Below are positions 1-10,838 of a stretch of 64,000 nucleotides of DNA, piece by piece. Source of the DNA: Arenicellales bacterium (GTDB taxonomy: Bacteria > Pseudomonadota > Gammaproteobacteria > Arenicellales > JAJDZL01); NCBI GenBank assembly GCA_965214875.1, contig OZ243980.1:1231572-1295571 (forward strand), written 5' to 3'. Position 1 is the first letter of the stretch. Each line of letters starts with the position of its first letter. The position numbers were made by a program, and so were the translations under genes. Below the pieces are notes generated by a model. It ran no database searches. It saw only the letters and a program-made list of their open reading frames with translations, and had not been told where the DNA came from.

Positions 1-381
1 ATTTGGCGTGGAGCGGCATTGACTTGGGAGATGTCCGCGATGACCGTCAAGGCATTGGCGCAAATGCTTAATCTGTCTAGGCCGACGAACCAGCTTGGCG
101 GCCCGATTACCATCGCGCATTATGCCGGGCAGGCAGCGCAGTCGGGCATCGACACCTATCTGACTTTTCTGGCGCTGCTCAGCATCAGTCTGGGCATTTT
201 GAATTTGCTGCCGATTCCGATGCTGGATGGCGGGCATTTGCTGTTTCATGTGTATGAAGCGGTCACCGGCTCGCCTCCAAGTGAAACTGTTGCGCAATGG
301 GCGCTTTACATCGGCATCGCAATGCTGGCTGGAATCATGACGCTTGCGCTTTATAATGATTTTACGAATCTCATCTTCTGA
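1..381 (+). CDS. rseP: RIP zinc metalloprotease RseP, C-terminal end (partial, continues upstream of window)
   Basis: Frame 1 is open from base 1. Translation ...SISLGILNLLPIPMLDGGHLLFHVYEAV...LALYNDFTNL matches the conserved site-2-protease C-terminus. Lies directly upstream of bamA. Confidence 0.85.
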   Translation: MWRGAALTWEMSAMTVKALAQMLNLSRPTNQLGGPITIAHYAGQAAQSGIDTYLTFLALLSISLGILNLLPIPMLDGGHLLFHVYEAVTGSPPSETVAQWALYIGIAMLAGIMTLALYNDFTNLIF

Positions 382-2737
382 CGAAAATCCATTGACTTTG
401 AAGCCGAAAACTTTTCTGCAAATCTTCGCGGCCTTGGCGTTGCTCACGGTTTCATTTTCAGCCAAGGGTTTTGATCCGTTCACAATCGAGGATATACGTG
501 TCGAAGGTTTGAGGCGAATCACCGTCGGGGCGGTGTTCGTGCTGCTGCCGGTGCAGGTTGGCGACGAGATCGACGATGAGCTTTCAGCGCGCTCGATCCA
601 AGCTTTGTTCAATTCAGGTTTTTTTGATGATATCCGGCTGGAGCAAGACGGAAGCACGCTTGTCATCACTGTGGTGGAAAATCCTCTGATTGCCGAGATT
701 ACCATTGAAGGCAACAAGAGGATCAAGACTGAACAAATTGAAGCCGCTCTGGAAGCGAGTGGAATCGCCGCAAGACGAGTCTACAATCCGATCAAGGTTG
801 AAGAATTTATCGAAGGGCTGAGGCAGGAGTACAAGGCTACTGGCCGGTTTGCGACGCAAGTCGATGCAACGATTGTTGCGCTTGATCGAAATCGTGTTGA
901 AGTGTTTATCCAGATTGCCGAAAGCAAAGTTGCGCTGATCGAGGAGATTCGCATTCTTGGCAATATGTCTGTCAGCGAAAAGGACATCCGCGATGAGATG
1001 AAGCTCACCACCAAGAAGACCTTGGGCCTATTCAATCGCAACAATAGATATTCAAGGACTCAGCTGACCGCAGATCTCGAAACAATCACAACGCTATATC
1101 AGAATCAGGGGTTCATACAGTTTCAGATTGTCTCGTCGCAGGCTTTTCTGTCGGACAATATGCAGCGCGTGTCGATTGTTATTACCCTTGATGAAGGGCC
1201 GCAGTTTTCTTTTGGAGAAGTGACAGTCGTAGCCGACCAGGATGTCGTCGATATCGGCGAGATTGAGCAGATGGTCGCCAAAGAGTCGAAAACAACCTTT
1301 TCGCGCGGCCAAGTCAATGAATCGCGTCAGAACGTGATTGAGCGTTTCGCAGACGAAGGATATTCGCTTGCATCTGTAGAAGCCTATCCTGACATCAAAG
1401 AAGATGAGCGGCTTGTCGATGTCGAATATGTGGTCGAGCCAGGGCGTTTGACGTATATTCGGCAAATCGTGTTTATTGGCAACATCGTGACCAGCGATGA
1501 AGTGCTGCGTCGGGAGATGCGCATATTTGAGGGCGGCGAATACTCGGCTGCTCGAATTTCCGAATCCCGGGAGCGGCTTGGCCGGCTTGGCTTTTTCGAG
1601 TCGGTTGACCTTTCGACGCAGTCGGTGCCCGGCGTGCCGGACCAAGTCGATATCATTGTCGAGGTCAAAGAGCGCCTGACCGGCAGTTTCTCCATTGGCG
1701 TCGGCTATCGAAGCGACAACACGGTGGTGCTGAACCTTCATCTTTCGCAAAGCAACCTGTATGGAACCGGCAAGCGTCTGTCGACGGACATAACGCGAAG
1801 CGACTATGAAACGCGAATTGGAATCGACTTTGTCAACCCCTATCACACGCTTGATGGAGTGGCGCGAGGCTTCCACATCGATGTTAGCGAGGAAGATTTG
1901 ACCGACTCGGAAATTACCGAGTACAAATCCGACTACCTCGCTTTTGGCATGCGCTACAGATTTCCCATTTCTCCGACGGTCGGAGTGGGGACCGATTTCG
2001 AGTATGAATATCGTGAGCTGTCTACCGGCCGGAGCGCGGTGATCGACTATCGCGACCGCGCGTTTATCGACAAGAATCGACGCACTAGCGTCGGACGTGG
2101 CACAATCAGCATTCGAGGCGACGATCGAAACCGTTCAATCTTTCCAAGTTCGGGAGGCGAGCGAACCGCGTCATTCGAACTTGTTGGCGGCGATGCGAGC
2201 TACTACGTAACGCGAACGAGCGCATCGGAGTATTTCTCATTGGGCGAAAAGACGACGATGAAAGTCTTTGGCGGGCTGGATTACGGCGACGGTTTGGGAT
2301 CGACGAAACGATTGCCTTTCTATAACCGGTTCTATGCTGGCGGCTCATCCACCGTGCGCGGTTTTGACGCGCAGAGCTTGGGTCCGAGAGAGTTATGCGA
2401 GAAGATGATGGAAGGGAAAACAGTTATTGAACGATGCCCTAATGCGGATCCGATTGGCGGAAGCGTCAGGTTGATCGGGCGCAGCGAAGTCTATCTGCCC
2501 ATTTTTGGAACTGCGGACACCGCCGATAGGCGGTTCCTTGCGTTTGCCGATCTCGGCAACGTGTTCGACGAGTTCGACGATGTCAAATTCAGCGAGCTGC
2601 GCGGGTCGGCCGGCCTTGGTTTCACTTGGCTCTCGCCCATCGGTCCGCTGCAAATCAGCCGGTCATTCGCGCATCGCAAGAAACCGGGCGACAAGCTGGA
2701 TTATTTGCAAGTAACCTTAGGGTCTTTTCTCGATTAA
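344..2737 (+). CDS. bamA: Outer membrane protein assembly factor BamA
   Basis: 797-aa ORF with POTRA-like repeats (IEDIRVEGLRRI, ITIEGNKRI, IRILGNMSV, IVFIGNIVT) and the barrel motif GGSSTVRGF. True start is probably a TTG near 392-398, ahead of signal peptide KTFLQIFAALALLTVSFSA. Confidence 0.95.
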   Translation: MRFIMILRISSSDENPLTLKPKTFLQIFAALALLTVSFSAKGFDPFTIEDIRVEGLRRITVGAVFVLLPVQVGDEIDDELSARSIQALFNSGFFDDIRLEQDGSTLVITVVENPLIAEITIEGNKRIKTEQIEAALEASGIAARRVYNPIKVEEFIEGLRQEYKATGRFATQVDATIVALDRNRVEVFIQIAESKVALIEEIRILGNMSVSEKDIRDEMKLTTKKTLGLFNRNNRYSRTQLTADLETITTLYQNQGFIQFQIVSSQAFLSDNMQRVSIVITLDEGPQFSFGEVTVVADQDVVDIGEIEQMVAKESKTTFSRGQVNESRQNVIERFADEGYSLASVEAYPDIKEDERLVDVEYVVEPGRLTYIRQIVFIGNIVTSDEVLRREMRIFEGGEYSAARISESRERLGRLGFFESVDLSTQSVPGVPDQVDIIVEVKERLTGSFSIGVGYRSDNTVVLNLHLSQSNLYGTGKRLSTDITRSDYETRIGIDFVNPYHTLDGVARGFHIDVSEEDLTDSEITEYKSDYLAFGMRYRFPISPTVGVGTDFEYEYRELSTGRSAVIDYRDRAFIDKNRRTSVGRGTISIRGDDRNRSIFPSSGGERTASFELVGGDASYYVTRTSASEYFSLGEKTTMKVFGGLDYGDGLGSTKRLPFYNRFYAGGSSTVRGFDAQSLGPRELCEKMMEGKTVIERCPNADPIGGSVRLIGRSEVYLPIFGTADTADRRFLAFADLGNVFDEFDDVKFSELRGSAGLGFTWLSPIGPLQISRSFAHRKKPGDKLDYLQVTLGSFLD

Positions 2738-2756
2738 ACCGCCCGTAGAACGACGT

Positions 2757-3302
2757 ATGTGGATCAACATGAAATTTGTAACCGGAGCGATTGCGGCAGC
2801 TGGATTTGTCGCAGCCGTCGGCACCGCCCAAGCGCAGCAGCAACAAGCCAATGGCGATTTGAAGATCGGCTTCGTCGAAGCGGCGCGAATCATCGACTTG
2901 GCTCCTCAAGGCCGAGTTGCGCTTGAACAAATCGAAGCTGAATTAGCGCCGCGTGAAACGGCTTTGCGCGCGCTTCAGGCGGAGATTATTGCGCTAGAGG
3001 AGGATTTGCGCGGCGACTCCGATTTGTCCGAGGAATCCCGCTCGCAAGCGCAGCAGGAAGTTCGCAAGCTGGCCAGACGGCTTGAACGCGGCCAAGAAGA
3101 GCTTCGAGAAGATTTCAACATCCGGCGAAACGAAGAGCTGGAAAGACTGCAAGCACTCGTCAACCGGGTGATTTCCAAGCTTGCCGTCGATCAGCAATAC
3201 GATCTGATTCTGCAAGACCCCGTCGTATTTGTAAGCGCTAGGATCAACATCACCGATCAGGTGCTGGAAGAGCTGAATCAGGAGTTCAATGAAGCGCAGT
3301 GA
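2757..3302 (+). CDS. skp: Periplasmic chaperone Skp (OmpH family)
   Basis: 181 aa with signal peptide ...AAVGTAQAQ and a long coiled-coil body. Conserved position between bamA and lpxD. Confidence 0.85.
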   Translation: MWINMKFVTGAIAAAGFVAAVGTAQAQQQQANGDLKIGFVEAARIIDLAPQGRVALEQIEAELAPRETALRALQAEIIALEEDLRGDSDLSEESRSQAQQEVRKLARRLERGQEELREDFNIRRNEELERLQALVNRVISKLAVDQQYDLILQDPVVFVSARINITDQVLEELNQEFNEAQ

Positions 3303-4300
3303 TTGCCGATCAGGTCAACGCAAAGGATGAATGGACGCTTGATGAACTGGCTGAAGCGGCTGGCGCATGTGCGAGAGGGGATGTCACAAGAACGATAAGG
3401 CGCATCGCATCGCTGCAGGATGCCACCTCAGATGCGGTGGCTGTATTTTGCGATGAGCGCTACCGCAGCGATCTGGACCGGACGAACGCTGGTGCCGTCA
3501 TACTCAAGGAGACCGATGCAGCCGATTTTGACGGCGACTGTCTTATCTCGCGCAATCCCCGTGCGGCTTTCGGCCGCATCGTTGCGCACCTGCATGGCGA
3601 AGAGCGCTACGCCCGTGGCATCCACCTTTCGGCAACTGTATCCGACCAAGCTGTGATCGCTCCCGGCGCGACGGTTTGTGCCGGTGCAGTGATTGAACGG
3701 GATGCAAAAATTGGCGAACATGCGATTATCGGCAGCGGTGCGTATGTTGGCACAGGGGTATCAATTGGCGAATCCACCCGGATTGACAGCAATGTCGTCA
3801 TCTACCGCGATTGCGCAATAGGGCGAAATTGCAATGTCTCCGCTAACGCGGTTATCGGCAGCCCAGGCTTTAGCTATGCCCGTGAAGGCAAAAGATGGCT
3901 GAAGATACCGAATGTCGGCAACGTGTTGATTGGCGACGAGGTCGATATTGGCGCGGCAACCACAATCGATCGCGCGACAATGGATAGCACGGCGATAGGA
4001 GATGGCGTCAAGATCGATAACAACGTGCAGATTGCCCACAACGTGTCGATCGGCGAAGACACCATTATCGCTGGCAATGTAGGCATTGCCGGTAGCGCAA
4101 GAATCGGCCGGCGCTGCATGTTCGGAGGCCAGTCTTCGGTACTCGATCATCTGCAAATCTGCGATGATGTCATAGTTAATGCTGGTGCCATGGTGACCAA
4201 GTCGATTACGGTTGCTGGCGAGTACTCCGCCACGTTGCCGGCACAGCCTGCAACGAAATGGCGCAAAACCCTAGCCCGCTTGCGATTGCTTAGCGAGTAG
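3299..4300 (+). CDS. lpxD: UDP-3-O-acylglucosamine N-acyltransferase
   Basis: Left-handed beta-helix hexapeptide repeats (IGSGAYVGTGVSIGE..., IGDEVDIGAATTIDR). GTG start overlaps the skp stop. Position is consistent with synteny. Confidence 0.93.
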   Translation: MIADQVNAKDEWTLDELAEAAGACARGDVTRTIRRIASLQDATSDAVAVFCDERYRSDLDRTNAGAVILKETDAADFDGDCLISRNPRAAFGRIVAHLHGEERYARGIHLSATVSDQAVIAPGATVCAGAVIERDAKIGEHAIIGSGAYVGTGVSIGESTRIDSNVVIYRDCAIGRNCNVSANAVIGSPGFSYAREGKRWLKIPNVGNVLIGDEVDIGAATTIDRATMDSTAIGDGVKIDNNVQIAHNVSIGEDTIIAGNVGIAGSARIGRRCMFGGQSSVLDHLQICDDVIVNAGAMVTKSITVAGEYSATLPAQPATKWRKTLARLRLLSE

Positions 4301-4339
4301 GATGAAGCTGTTGCAACAAAGAGAAAACAAATCGTTGCC

Positions 4340-4783
4340 ATGCCATCGCTAGGTATTAAAGAGATCAAGGAGCTTCTCCCGCATCGGTATCCGATGCTGC
4401 TGCTCGACCGCATTATCGATTACGATGACGATTGGCTTGTTGCAATCAAGAATGTGACTGCCAATGAACATGTTTTTACCGGACATTTCCCGCATTGGCC
4501 CATCTTTCCAGGTGTGCTGATCGTCGAAGCGATGGTGCAAGCATCAGCAGTTATGGCGAGTTTGGCGCTTGGTGCCAAGTCGGATCCCAACAGAGTCTAC
4601 CTATTCGCCGGCATCGACAAGGCGCGCTTCAAAAAGCAAGTGGTGCCTGGAGACAGCATCCGAATACAGACCCGCTCAGTGCGTCGAATGAAGGACGTAT
4701 GGAAGACTGCTGCGACAGCGACGGTTGGTGACGACGTTGTTTGCAGTGCAGAATTTTTGTTCACCTTTCAGCAAGTGGAATGA
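4340..4783 (+). CDS. fabZ: 3-hydroxyacyl-ACP dehydratase FabZ
   Basis: LLPHRYPMLLLDRI...NEHVFTGHFPHWPIFPGVLIVEAMVQ is the FabZ signature. Confidence 0.95.
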   Translation: MPSLGIKEIKELLPHRYPMLLLDRIIDYDDDWLVAIKNVTANEHVFTGHFPHWPIFPGVLIVEAMVQASAVMASLALGAKSDPNRVYLFAGIDKARFKKQVVPGDSIRIQTRSVRRMKDVWKTAATATVGDDVVCSAEFLFTFQQVE

Positions 4784-5550
4784 TCGACCCCAAGGCTGTC
4801 GTTTCCAGAGATGCGCGGCTTGGCGAGGGTGTACGCATAGATGCCTATGCGATTATTGAGCCGAATGTCGAAATCGGCGACAGTTCATGGGTTGGCAATC
4901 ATGCCGTTATTCGAAGCGGCACCCGTATCGGCAAGGCAAACCTGATCCACGATCACGTCTCGCTCGGCGGCGCGCCTCAGTCGATTCACTACCAAGACGA
5001 GCCAACCGAGTTGCATCTCGGTGACAACAATGTTGTGCGCGAGTTCGCTTCATTCCATCGGGGGCTGGTCGATTACGGGGGTGTGACGCGAATCGGCAGC
5101 GACAACTTCTTCATGGCCTACGTCCATATCGCTCATGATTGCAAAATTGGCGATCATTCGACATTTACCAATGGAACCAGCCTTGCAGGCCATGTCGAGG
5201 TAGGTGACCATGCGGTGCTTGGCGGGTTTACAATGATCCACCAACGTTGCCGAGTCGGATCCTACTGCATGACCGGCATCAACACGGTAGCCCGTCAGGA
5301 CGTTCCGCCCTATGTCATGGTGGCAGGCAATCCGGCCAAGGCGGTTGCAATCAACTCGATCGGCTTGCGTAGAAACGAAATCGACGAGGCGGCAATCGAT
5401 AACCTGAAATGCGCATATCAGGCGATATTCCGAATGCGCATGCCGATTTCAGGCGTACGGCAAGGGTCGTTGGCGAATATCGGCAAGTGCGCCCATACCG
5501 AGCATATGCTTGATTTTCTGAATTCCTCGAAACGCGGGTTTGTACGCTGA
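4780..5550 (+). CDS. lpxA: UDP-N-acetylglucosamine acyltransferase LpxA
   Basis: MIDPKAVVSRDARLGEGVRIDAYAII... hexapeptide repeats. ATG at 4780 forms an ATGA overlap with the fabZ stop; the ORF-track start at 4741 is upstream read-through. Confidence 0.93.
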   Translation: MIDPKAVVSRDARLGEGVRIDAYAIIEPNVEIGDSSWVGNHAVIRSGTRIGKANLIHDHVSLGGAPQSIHYQDEPTELHLGDNNVVREFASFHRGLVDYGGVTRIGSDNFFMAYVHIAHDCKIGDHSTFTNGTSLAGHVEVGDHAVLGGFTMIHQRCRVGSYCMTGINTVARQDVPPYVMVAGNPAKAVAINSIGLRRNEIDEAAIDNLKCAYQAIFRMRMPISGVRQGSLANIGKCAHTEHMLDFLNSSKRGFVR

Positions 5551-5612
5551 TTTGCCCTCATCATTCCAATGGGGATCATTCAGTCTAGATGTTATAGCAA
5601 GGCGTTCGCCCC

Positions 5613-6752
5613 ATGTATCGAATCGCAATGGTGGTCGGTGAAGCTTCTGGAGACAATCTGGCTGCGGGTCTGATGGACGCGCTGACCCGCAGAGGCATCG
5701 ACTTTGAAGTAGTCGGGATTTGCGGCCCGGCGATGATCGAGCGTCATGCCAAAGCCATCCACACGCTTGAAAGTATCAGCGCCATCGGGTTTGAGGGGGT
5801 GTTTGCAAGATTTGCGAAAATTCTTAGTGTCCGGGCTCATTTGATCCGGGAGCTTTTGCGCGAGCGGCCTGACATATATGTCGGAGTCGATGCGCCAGAC
5901 TTTAATCTGGGCGTGGAGTTGAAGTTGCGCCGTGCGGGTATCCCGACCGTGCAGTATGTAAGTCCGGCGGTGTGGGCTTGGCGAGGCTACCGGATTCGGA
6001 AGATTCGCCGTGCCGCCCAGAAAGTTCTATCCATCTTTCCTTTCGAGAGCGGCTTGTTCAAGCGTTATCGGGTCGCGCATGCCTATGTCGGTCACCCGCT
6101 CGCCGATAAGCTTGGTCCTGTCGGTGAAGACGATGTTAGGAAAAAGCTTGGCTTCGCCTCTCATGACATAGTCATCGCATTGCTGCCGGGCAGCAGGACA
6201 GTGGAGGTCAAGCGCTTAGGATTGCTGTTTGTGGAAGCGGCGGCATTGCTGGCGCGTCAGCGCCCGCAGCTTAAGTTCATCATGCCTGCAGCAACCGATG
6301 AAATAAAGCAGATGTTCGAAGCTGAGCTTGCCTCATCTAAAGAAGCGCCGCCAATACAGATTGTTGGCGATCAGTCGATCGAGGTCATGAAGTCGGCCAA
6401 TGTGGTTTTGCTGGCATCTGGAACGGCGGCGCTTGAAGCAGCGCTGCTCGCAAAACCGCTCGTGGTCGCTTACAAGGTATCGCGGCTGACTTACATACTA
6501 GTGAAATTGCTGGCAAATACGAATCACTTCTGTGTGCTCAATCATCTGGTTCGAGAGCCTTTTGTGCCTGAATTCATTCAAGCTGATGCAACCGCCCACA
6601 ATGTTGTTGCTGAGTTGAACAGGCTGCTCGACGACAACGAATACAGAACCCGGCAGATCGACTTGTTCACCGGCATTGCTGAAAAGCTAAGATGCGGTGC
6701 GAGCGATAGGGCCGCTGGCGAAATCGAAAGCATTCTGCGACATGAGCGCTGA
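5613..6752 (+). CDS. lpxB: Lipid-A-disaccharide synthase LpxB
   Basis: MYRIAMVVGEASGDNLAAGLM... and YVSPAVWAWRGYRI motifs. Position is consistent with synteny. Confidence 0.93.
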   Translation: MYRIAMVVGEASGDNLAAGLMDALTRRGIDFEVVGICGPAMIERHAKAIHTLESISAIGFEGVFARFAKILSVRAHLIRELLRERPDIYVGVDAPDFNLGVELKLRRAGIPTVQYVSPAVWAWRGYRIRKIRRAAQKVLSIFPFESGLFKRYRVAHAYVGHPLADKLGPVGEDDVRKKLGFASHDIVIALLPGSRTVEVKRLGLLFVEAAALLARQRPQLKFIMPAATDEIKQMFEAELASSKEAPPIQIVGDQSIEVMKSANVVLLASGTAALEAALLAKPLVVAYKVSRLTYILVKLLANTNHFCVLNHLVREPFVPEFIQADATAHNVVAELNRLLDDNEYRTRQIDLFTGIAEKLRCGASDRAAGEIESILRHER

Positions 6753-7335
6753 ACGAATTGCGGGAGTTGACGAGGCAGGCCGAGGTGCTTTGGCCGGCCC
6801 AGTCGTGTCCGCAGCGGTTATATTGGACAAGAATGACAAGATCGATGGAATCGCAGATTCGAAACAGCTCAGCAAGCGTGCGCGCATCGCTTTGGCAGAG
6901 CGAATTCGCCTCCACAGCGTATGCTGGGCGATTGGTGTTGGAAGTGTCGCAGAAATTGAGCGGCACAATATTTTGCAGGCTACAATGATGGCGATGGCGC
7001 GGGCAATTTCCAATCTTGAACTTGCGCCAGATTTTGCCCTGATTGATGGTAATCGCTGTCCGGAAACTCCGGTTGCTGCTAGGGCTGTCGTAGGTGGCGA
7101 CGCGTCAATTGAGGAAATCTCGGCTGCCTCCATCCTCGCCAAAGTTGCTCGCGATAAATTGATGATTGAGTTTGCAAGTCAGTATCCTCAATACGGCTTC
7201 GACTCGCATTTCGGCTACGGTACAGCGAGGCATTTGGATGCTCTTGATCGGCATGGCGCATGCCCGATTCACAGGCGAAGTTTTGCTCCAGTGAAGCGGG
7301 TTTCGAATATCTTGTTCAACCATCTCGAAGTCTAA
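6742..7335 (+). CDS. rnhB: Ribonuclease HII
   Basis: MSAERIAGVDEAGRGALAGPVVSAAVIL... is the RNase HII catalytic DEAGRG motif. Start taken at the internal ATG at 6742, overlapping the lpxB end. Confidence 0.92.
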   Translation: MSAERIAGVDEAGRGALAGPVVSAAVILDKNDKIDGIADSKQLSKRARIALAERIRLHSVCWAIGVGSVAEIERHNILQATMMAMARAISNLELAPDFALIDGNRCPETPVAARAVVGGDASIEEISAASILAKVARDKLMIEFASQYPQYGFDSHFGYGTARHLDALDRHGACPIHRRSFAPVKRVSNILFNHLEV

Positions 7336-10300
7336 TGAGTTTTGTACACCTGCACGTTCACACGGAGTTTTCGATCTCCGACAGCATCATCCGTGTCGAT
7401 GATCTGGTTAGGCGCGCGCACGAGTTTGGCATGCCTGCGATAGGTGTAGCTGATCGCGACAATATCTTCAGTGCGGTTAAGGTCTACAAGACTTGCTTGA
7501 AATACGGAATCAAGCCAATCTTGGGTGTCGAGGCGCTGGTTCGCAACCCCGACGATACCGGCAAGCCTTTTTCTTTGGTGCTGGTGTGCCAGAATATGCA
7601 AGGCTATCGAACCTTGTGCGAGCTTTTAACCCGAGCTAGGCGTGAGGGAAAGTCCCTTGGTGTTGCAAGCATCCCGCACTCATGGCTGAATGAGGGGACC
7701 GATGGACTCATTGCCCTTTCTGGCGCTCAAAGCGGAGAAATCGGGCAACGCTTGCTGCAAAGTCGGTCTGATGAGGCGTATGAACTCGCCAACACCTATC
7801 GAAATCTGTTCCCTGAGCGTTTCTATATCGAGATGACTCGGGTAGGAGCGGAGTTTGAAGAGCTTTATTGCAAAGCGGCTGTGCAACTGGCGCAGGCGAC
7901 TGGCACTCCACTTGTTGCGACCAACCAGCCAAGATTTATCGATGTGGAAGAGTACGGAGCGCACGAACTTAGATTGTGCATTAATGAGCGAGTCTCCTTG
8001 TCCACTGCAAACCGGACGCGAGCGTGCACTGAGCGGCAGTATTTCAAATCCCCCGATGAGATGGCCGAATGCTTTGCAGATATTCCATCTGCAATCGAGA
8101 ACACGGAGGAAATCGCCAAACGATGCAATTTTCAGTTTCAGCTCAAGACTACCCATCTTCCGGCATATCCGCATGCAAGAGATAACATCGGCATTGACGA
8201 GCTTCTGCTTCAAAATAGCGAAGAGGGGCTGAATGGGCATTTTCCAGACGGTGCGCCGAAGATCTATCTTGAACGGTTGCACAGCGAACTTGAGATTATC
8301 AGGACGACAAAGTTTGCCGGATACTTTCTGATTGTTGCCGAGATCGTCGCATGGGCAAAGCGGCAAGGAATTCCGGTCGGACCAGGACGCGGTTCAGGTG
8401 CCGGCTCGCTAGTCGCCTATTGCCTGAACATTACCGACATCGACCCGATTCCGCACGGCTTGATATTTGAAAGGTTCTTAAATCCCGAGCGGGTGTCGCC
8501 ACCTGACTTTGACATCGATTTTTGCGTTGAACAGCGCGACCGCGTTATCCAGCATGTTTCGGACACCTACGGAAAGAGCAGGGTGGCGCAGATCGTCACC
8601 TATCAGACCATGGCCGCTCGCGCCGCGGTGCGTGACGTGGGCAGAGCCATCAAGCCTGACTATAGTTTCTATGATCGCCTTGCGAATTTGATTCCGCGTG
8701 AACTGGACATTACTCTGGATCAGGCTCTGGAAAAGACTCCGGAGTTAAAGACGCGATACCAAGGCGAGCCACGTGTGCAGGAGGTGTTTGATTCGGCAAA
8801 AGTGATTGAAGGCATCGTTCGAAACGTCAGCAAGCACCCTGGGGGCGTGGTCATTGCGCCGTCGGAGATTACCGATTTTGCGGCAACCTTTCCCGACCCC
8901 GAAAGCGATTTGGGCATCACTCACTACGACAAGAATGATCTGGAAGATATCGGTCTTGTGAAGTTCGACTTTCTTGGACTGACGACGCTGACCGTGATTG
9001 AGCGTGCGCTTGCATCAATCAATCGTGACCAGGCTGCCAAAGGGGGTGCGCCAATAAAGCAATCCGATATCCAGCCTGACGACAAGCAGACCTACAAGTA
9101 CATCCAGACCGGCAATACCGTGGGTATCTTCCAGCTTGAATCTAAGGGCATGCAACGCTTGATTGTCTCTTCCAAGCCCCGAAGGTTTGAAGATCTCGTC
9201 GCGTTGCTGGCACTATTTCGACCAGGCCCTCTGCAGACAAAGATGGATCAGGCATTCATCAAGGGCAAAGACGATTCATCGGCGATTAAGTTCCCGCATC
9301 CGGATTTGAAAGATGTGCTTGGCACGACCTACGGCGTTGTGCTGTATCAGGAGCAGGTGATGGAAATTGCCCGAGTGATGGGTGGGTATTCGCTTGGCGA
9401 GGCAGATCTTTTGCGTCGCGCGATGGGCAAGAAGCTGGTTGACGAGATGGCGAAACAGCGCAGCCGCTTTGTGACCGGTGCAAAGAGCAAGGGCTATCCA
9501 GAACAGCTTGCCGGGGATGTCTTTGATTTGATGGAGAGTTTCGCTGGCTACGGATTCAACAAGTCGCATTCGGTTGCATATGCATTGCTGGCATTTCGAA
9601 CCGCTTGGCTTAAGTGCCATTATCCGGCGCATTTCCTAGCTGCTTCGATGTCAGTTGATTTCAAGCCGGATACAACAACAAAGATTATTTCGGATGCGCG
9701 CAAGCTGGGCATCAAGGTTCTGCCGCCCGACATCAATCGTTCATCCTTCGAGTTCACGGCGGTCGCGGAAGATGAGATCCTTTATGGCTTCGGAGGCTTG
9801 AAGCATATAGGCAAGCCGGTTGCAGAGGCAATCTGTTCTGCCCGAGATGCAGGCGGACCTTTTGCAAGCGTTGTCGATTTTGTTGAGCGCGCCTTTACGA
9901 AAGTATTCACTAAGACTGCAATCGAGGTGCTCGCTTCCGCTGGATGTTTTGATCAGCTTGATCCGAATCGATCAAAAATATTCAATAATTCTAATGCTTT
10001 GCATACGTTTTCTCGGGTTATGTCGGAAGATCGAATGGCCGGGCAGATGAATCTTTTTGACGCTGGCGCCGATACTAGCAAAGATGAGCAGTTCGCTTAC
10101 ATAGAAAGCGCCCCTTGGAGCGACCAGCAGCGAATCAGCTATGAACACGATGCGTTCGGCTTCTACTTCGATGGTCATCCGGCGCAGCATGTCTACGAAG
10201 AGATGGACGGTTTGCGATGCGCGCCCATAGGCAGTCTTGACGCAGAAAATCCGCGAACGACCACGCTCAAGGGCTGGGTTTGCAATCGTCAGATTGTAGA

Positions 10301-10817
10301 CACGAGGCGTGGTAGCCGAATCGCCTTTTTCGAATTGACGGACCCGAGCGAAAGCGTACCGGTGTCGGTCTTCGCACAAGCCTTTTCCCTGTACTCAGAT
10401 GCAATCCAAGACGATGCGATCGTTGTAGTCTTTGGCAAGCCGGTTGCTGACGATCGCTCCGATGGGGTGAAGTTCATCGCGGACGCGGTCGTCGATGCCG
10501 AATATGTTCGATCACAGCCTGAAGCGGAGCTGATCATCCGCATTGACCGGCAATCTGTCAGTTTGGATGCACTGAGCGGCATCAAGAAGATAATTGCCGA
10601 GTCGGGCGGTGGGGCGGTTCGAAGACAGTCAGTCAGAGTCGAGTATTGCAATGAGCTTGGAGAGTCGGCGACATTCAGGCTGGGCGAATCGTGGCGCGCA
10701 TGCATTTGCGATTGGCTGCTTACGGAACTGCGCGAAGCAGTCGGGCAAGAGAATGTGGCGATCGATTACTCAAAGGTTCGGCTGAATGTTCCTCAAGCTG
10801 AGTCTGCAGCGGCATAG
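7335..10817 (+). CDS. dnaE: DNA polymerase III alpha subunit
   Basis: MSFVHLHVHTEFS... PHP domain, GPGRGSGAGSLVAYCL, FDFLGLTTLT. About 1160 aa. ATG overlaps the rnhB stop (TAATG). Confidence 0.97.
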   Translation: MSFVHLHVHTEFSISDSIIRVDDLVRRAHEFGMPAIGVADRDNIFSAVKVYKTCLKYGIKPILGVEALVRNPDDTGKPFSLVLVCQNMQGYRTLCELLTRARREGKSLGVASIPHSWLNEGTDGLIALSGAQSGEIGQRLLQSRSDEAYELANTYRNLFPERFYIEMTRVGAEFEELYCKAAVQLAQATGTPLVATNQPRFIDVEEYGAHELRLCINERVSLSTANRTRACTERQYFKSPDEMAECFADIPSAIENTEEIAKRCNFQFQLKTTHLPAYPHARDNIGIDELLLQNSEEGLNGHFPDGAPKIYLERLHSELEIIRTTKFAGYFLIVAEIVAWAKRQGIPVGPGRGSGAGSLVAYCLNITDIDPIPHGLIFERFLNPERVSPPDFDIDFCVEQRDRVIQHVSDTYGKSRVAQIVTYQTMAARAAVRDVGRAIKPDYSFYDRLANLIPRELDITLDQALEKTPELKTRYQGEPRVQEVFDSAKVIEGIVRNVSKHPGGVVIAPSEITDFAATFPDPESDLGITHYDKNDLEDIGLVKFDFLGLTTLTVIERALASINRDQAAKGGAPIKQSDIQPDDKQTYKYIQTGNTVGIFQLESKGMQRLIVSSKPRRFEDLVALLALFRPGPLQTKMDQAFIKGKDDSSAIKFPHPDLKDVLGTTYGVVLYQEQVMEIARVMGGYSLGEADLLRRAMGKKLVDEMAKQRSRFVTGAKSKGYPEQLAGDVFDLMESFAGYGFNKSHSVAYALLAFRTAWLKCHYPAHFLAASMSVDFKPDTTTKIISDARKLGIKVLPPDINRSSFEFTAVAEDEILYGFGGLKHIGKPVAEAICSARDAGGPFASVVDFVERAFTKVFTKTAIEVLASAGCFDQLDPNRSKIFNNSNALHTFSRVMSEDRMAGQMNLFDAGADTSKDEQFAYIESAPWSDQQRISYEHDAFGFYFDGHPAQHVYEEMDGLRCAPIGSLDAENPRTTTLKGWVCNRQIVDTRRGSRIAFFELTDPSESVPVSVFAQAFSLYSDAIQDDAIVVVFGKPVADDRSDGVKFIADAVVDAEYVRSQPEAELIIRIDRQSVSLDALSGIKKIIAESGGGAVRRQSVRVEYCNELGESATFRLGESWRACICDWLLTELREAVGQENVAIDYSKVRLNVPQAESAAA

Positions 10818-10838
10818 CAGTCAATTGGAGGATCAATT

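Noticed and set aside
1094-1876. 260-aa antisense ORF inside bamA, with similar antisense ORFs in ygfZ (20734-21306), sdhA (23789-24322), the ABC ATPase and dnaE
   Set aside because: They lie opposite strongly supported conserved genes and have no motifs. They are ordinary shadow ORFs.
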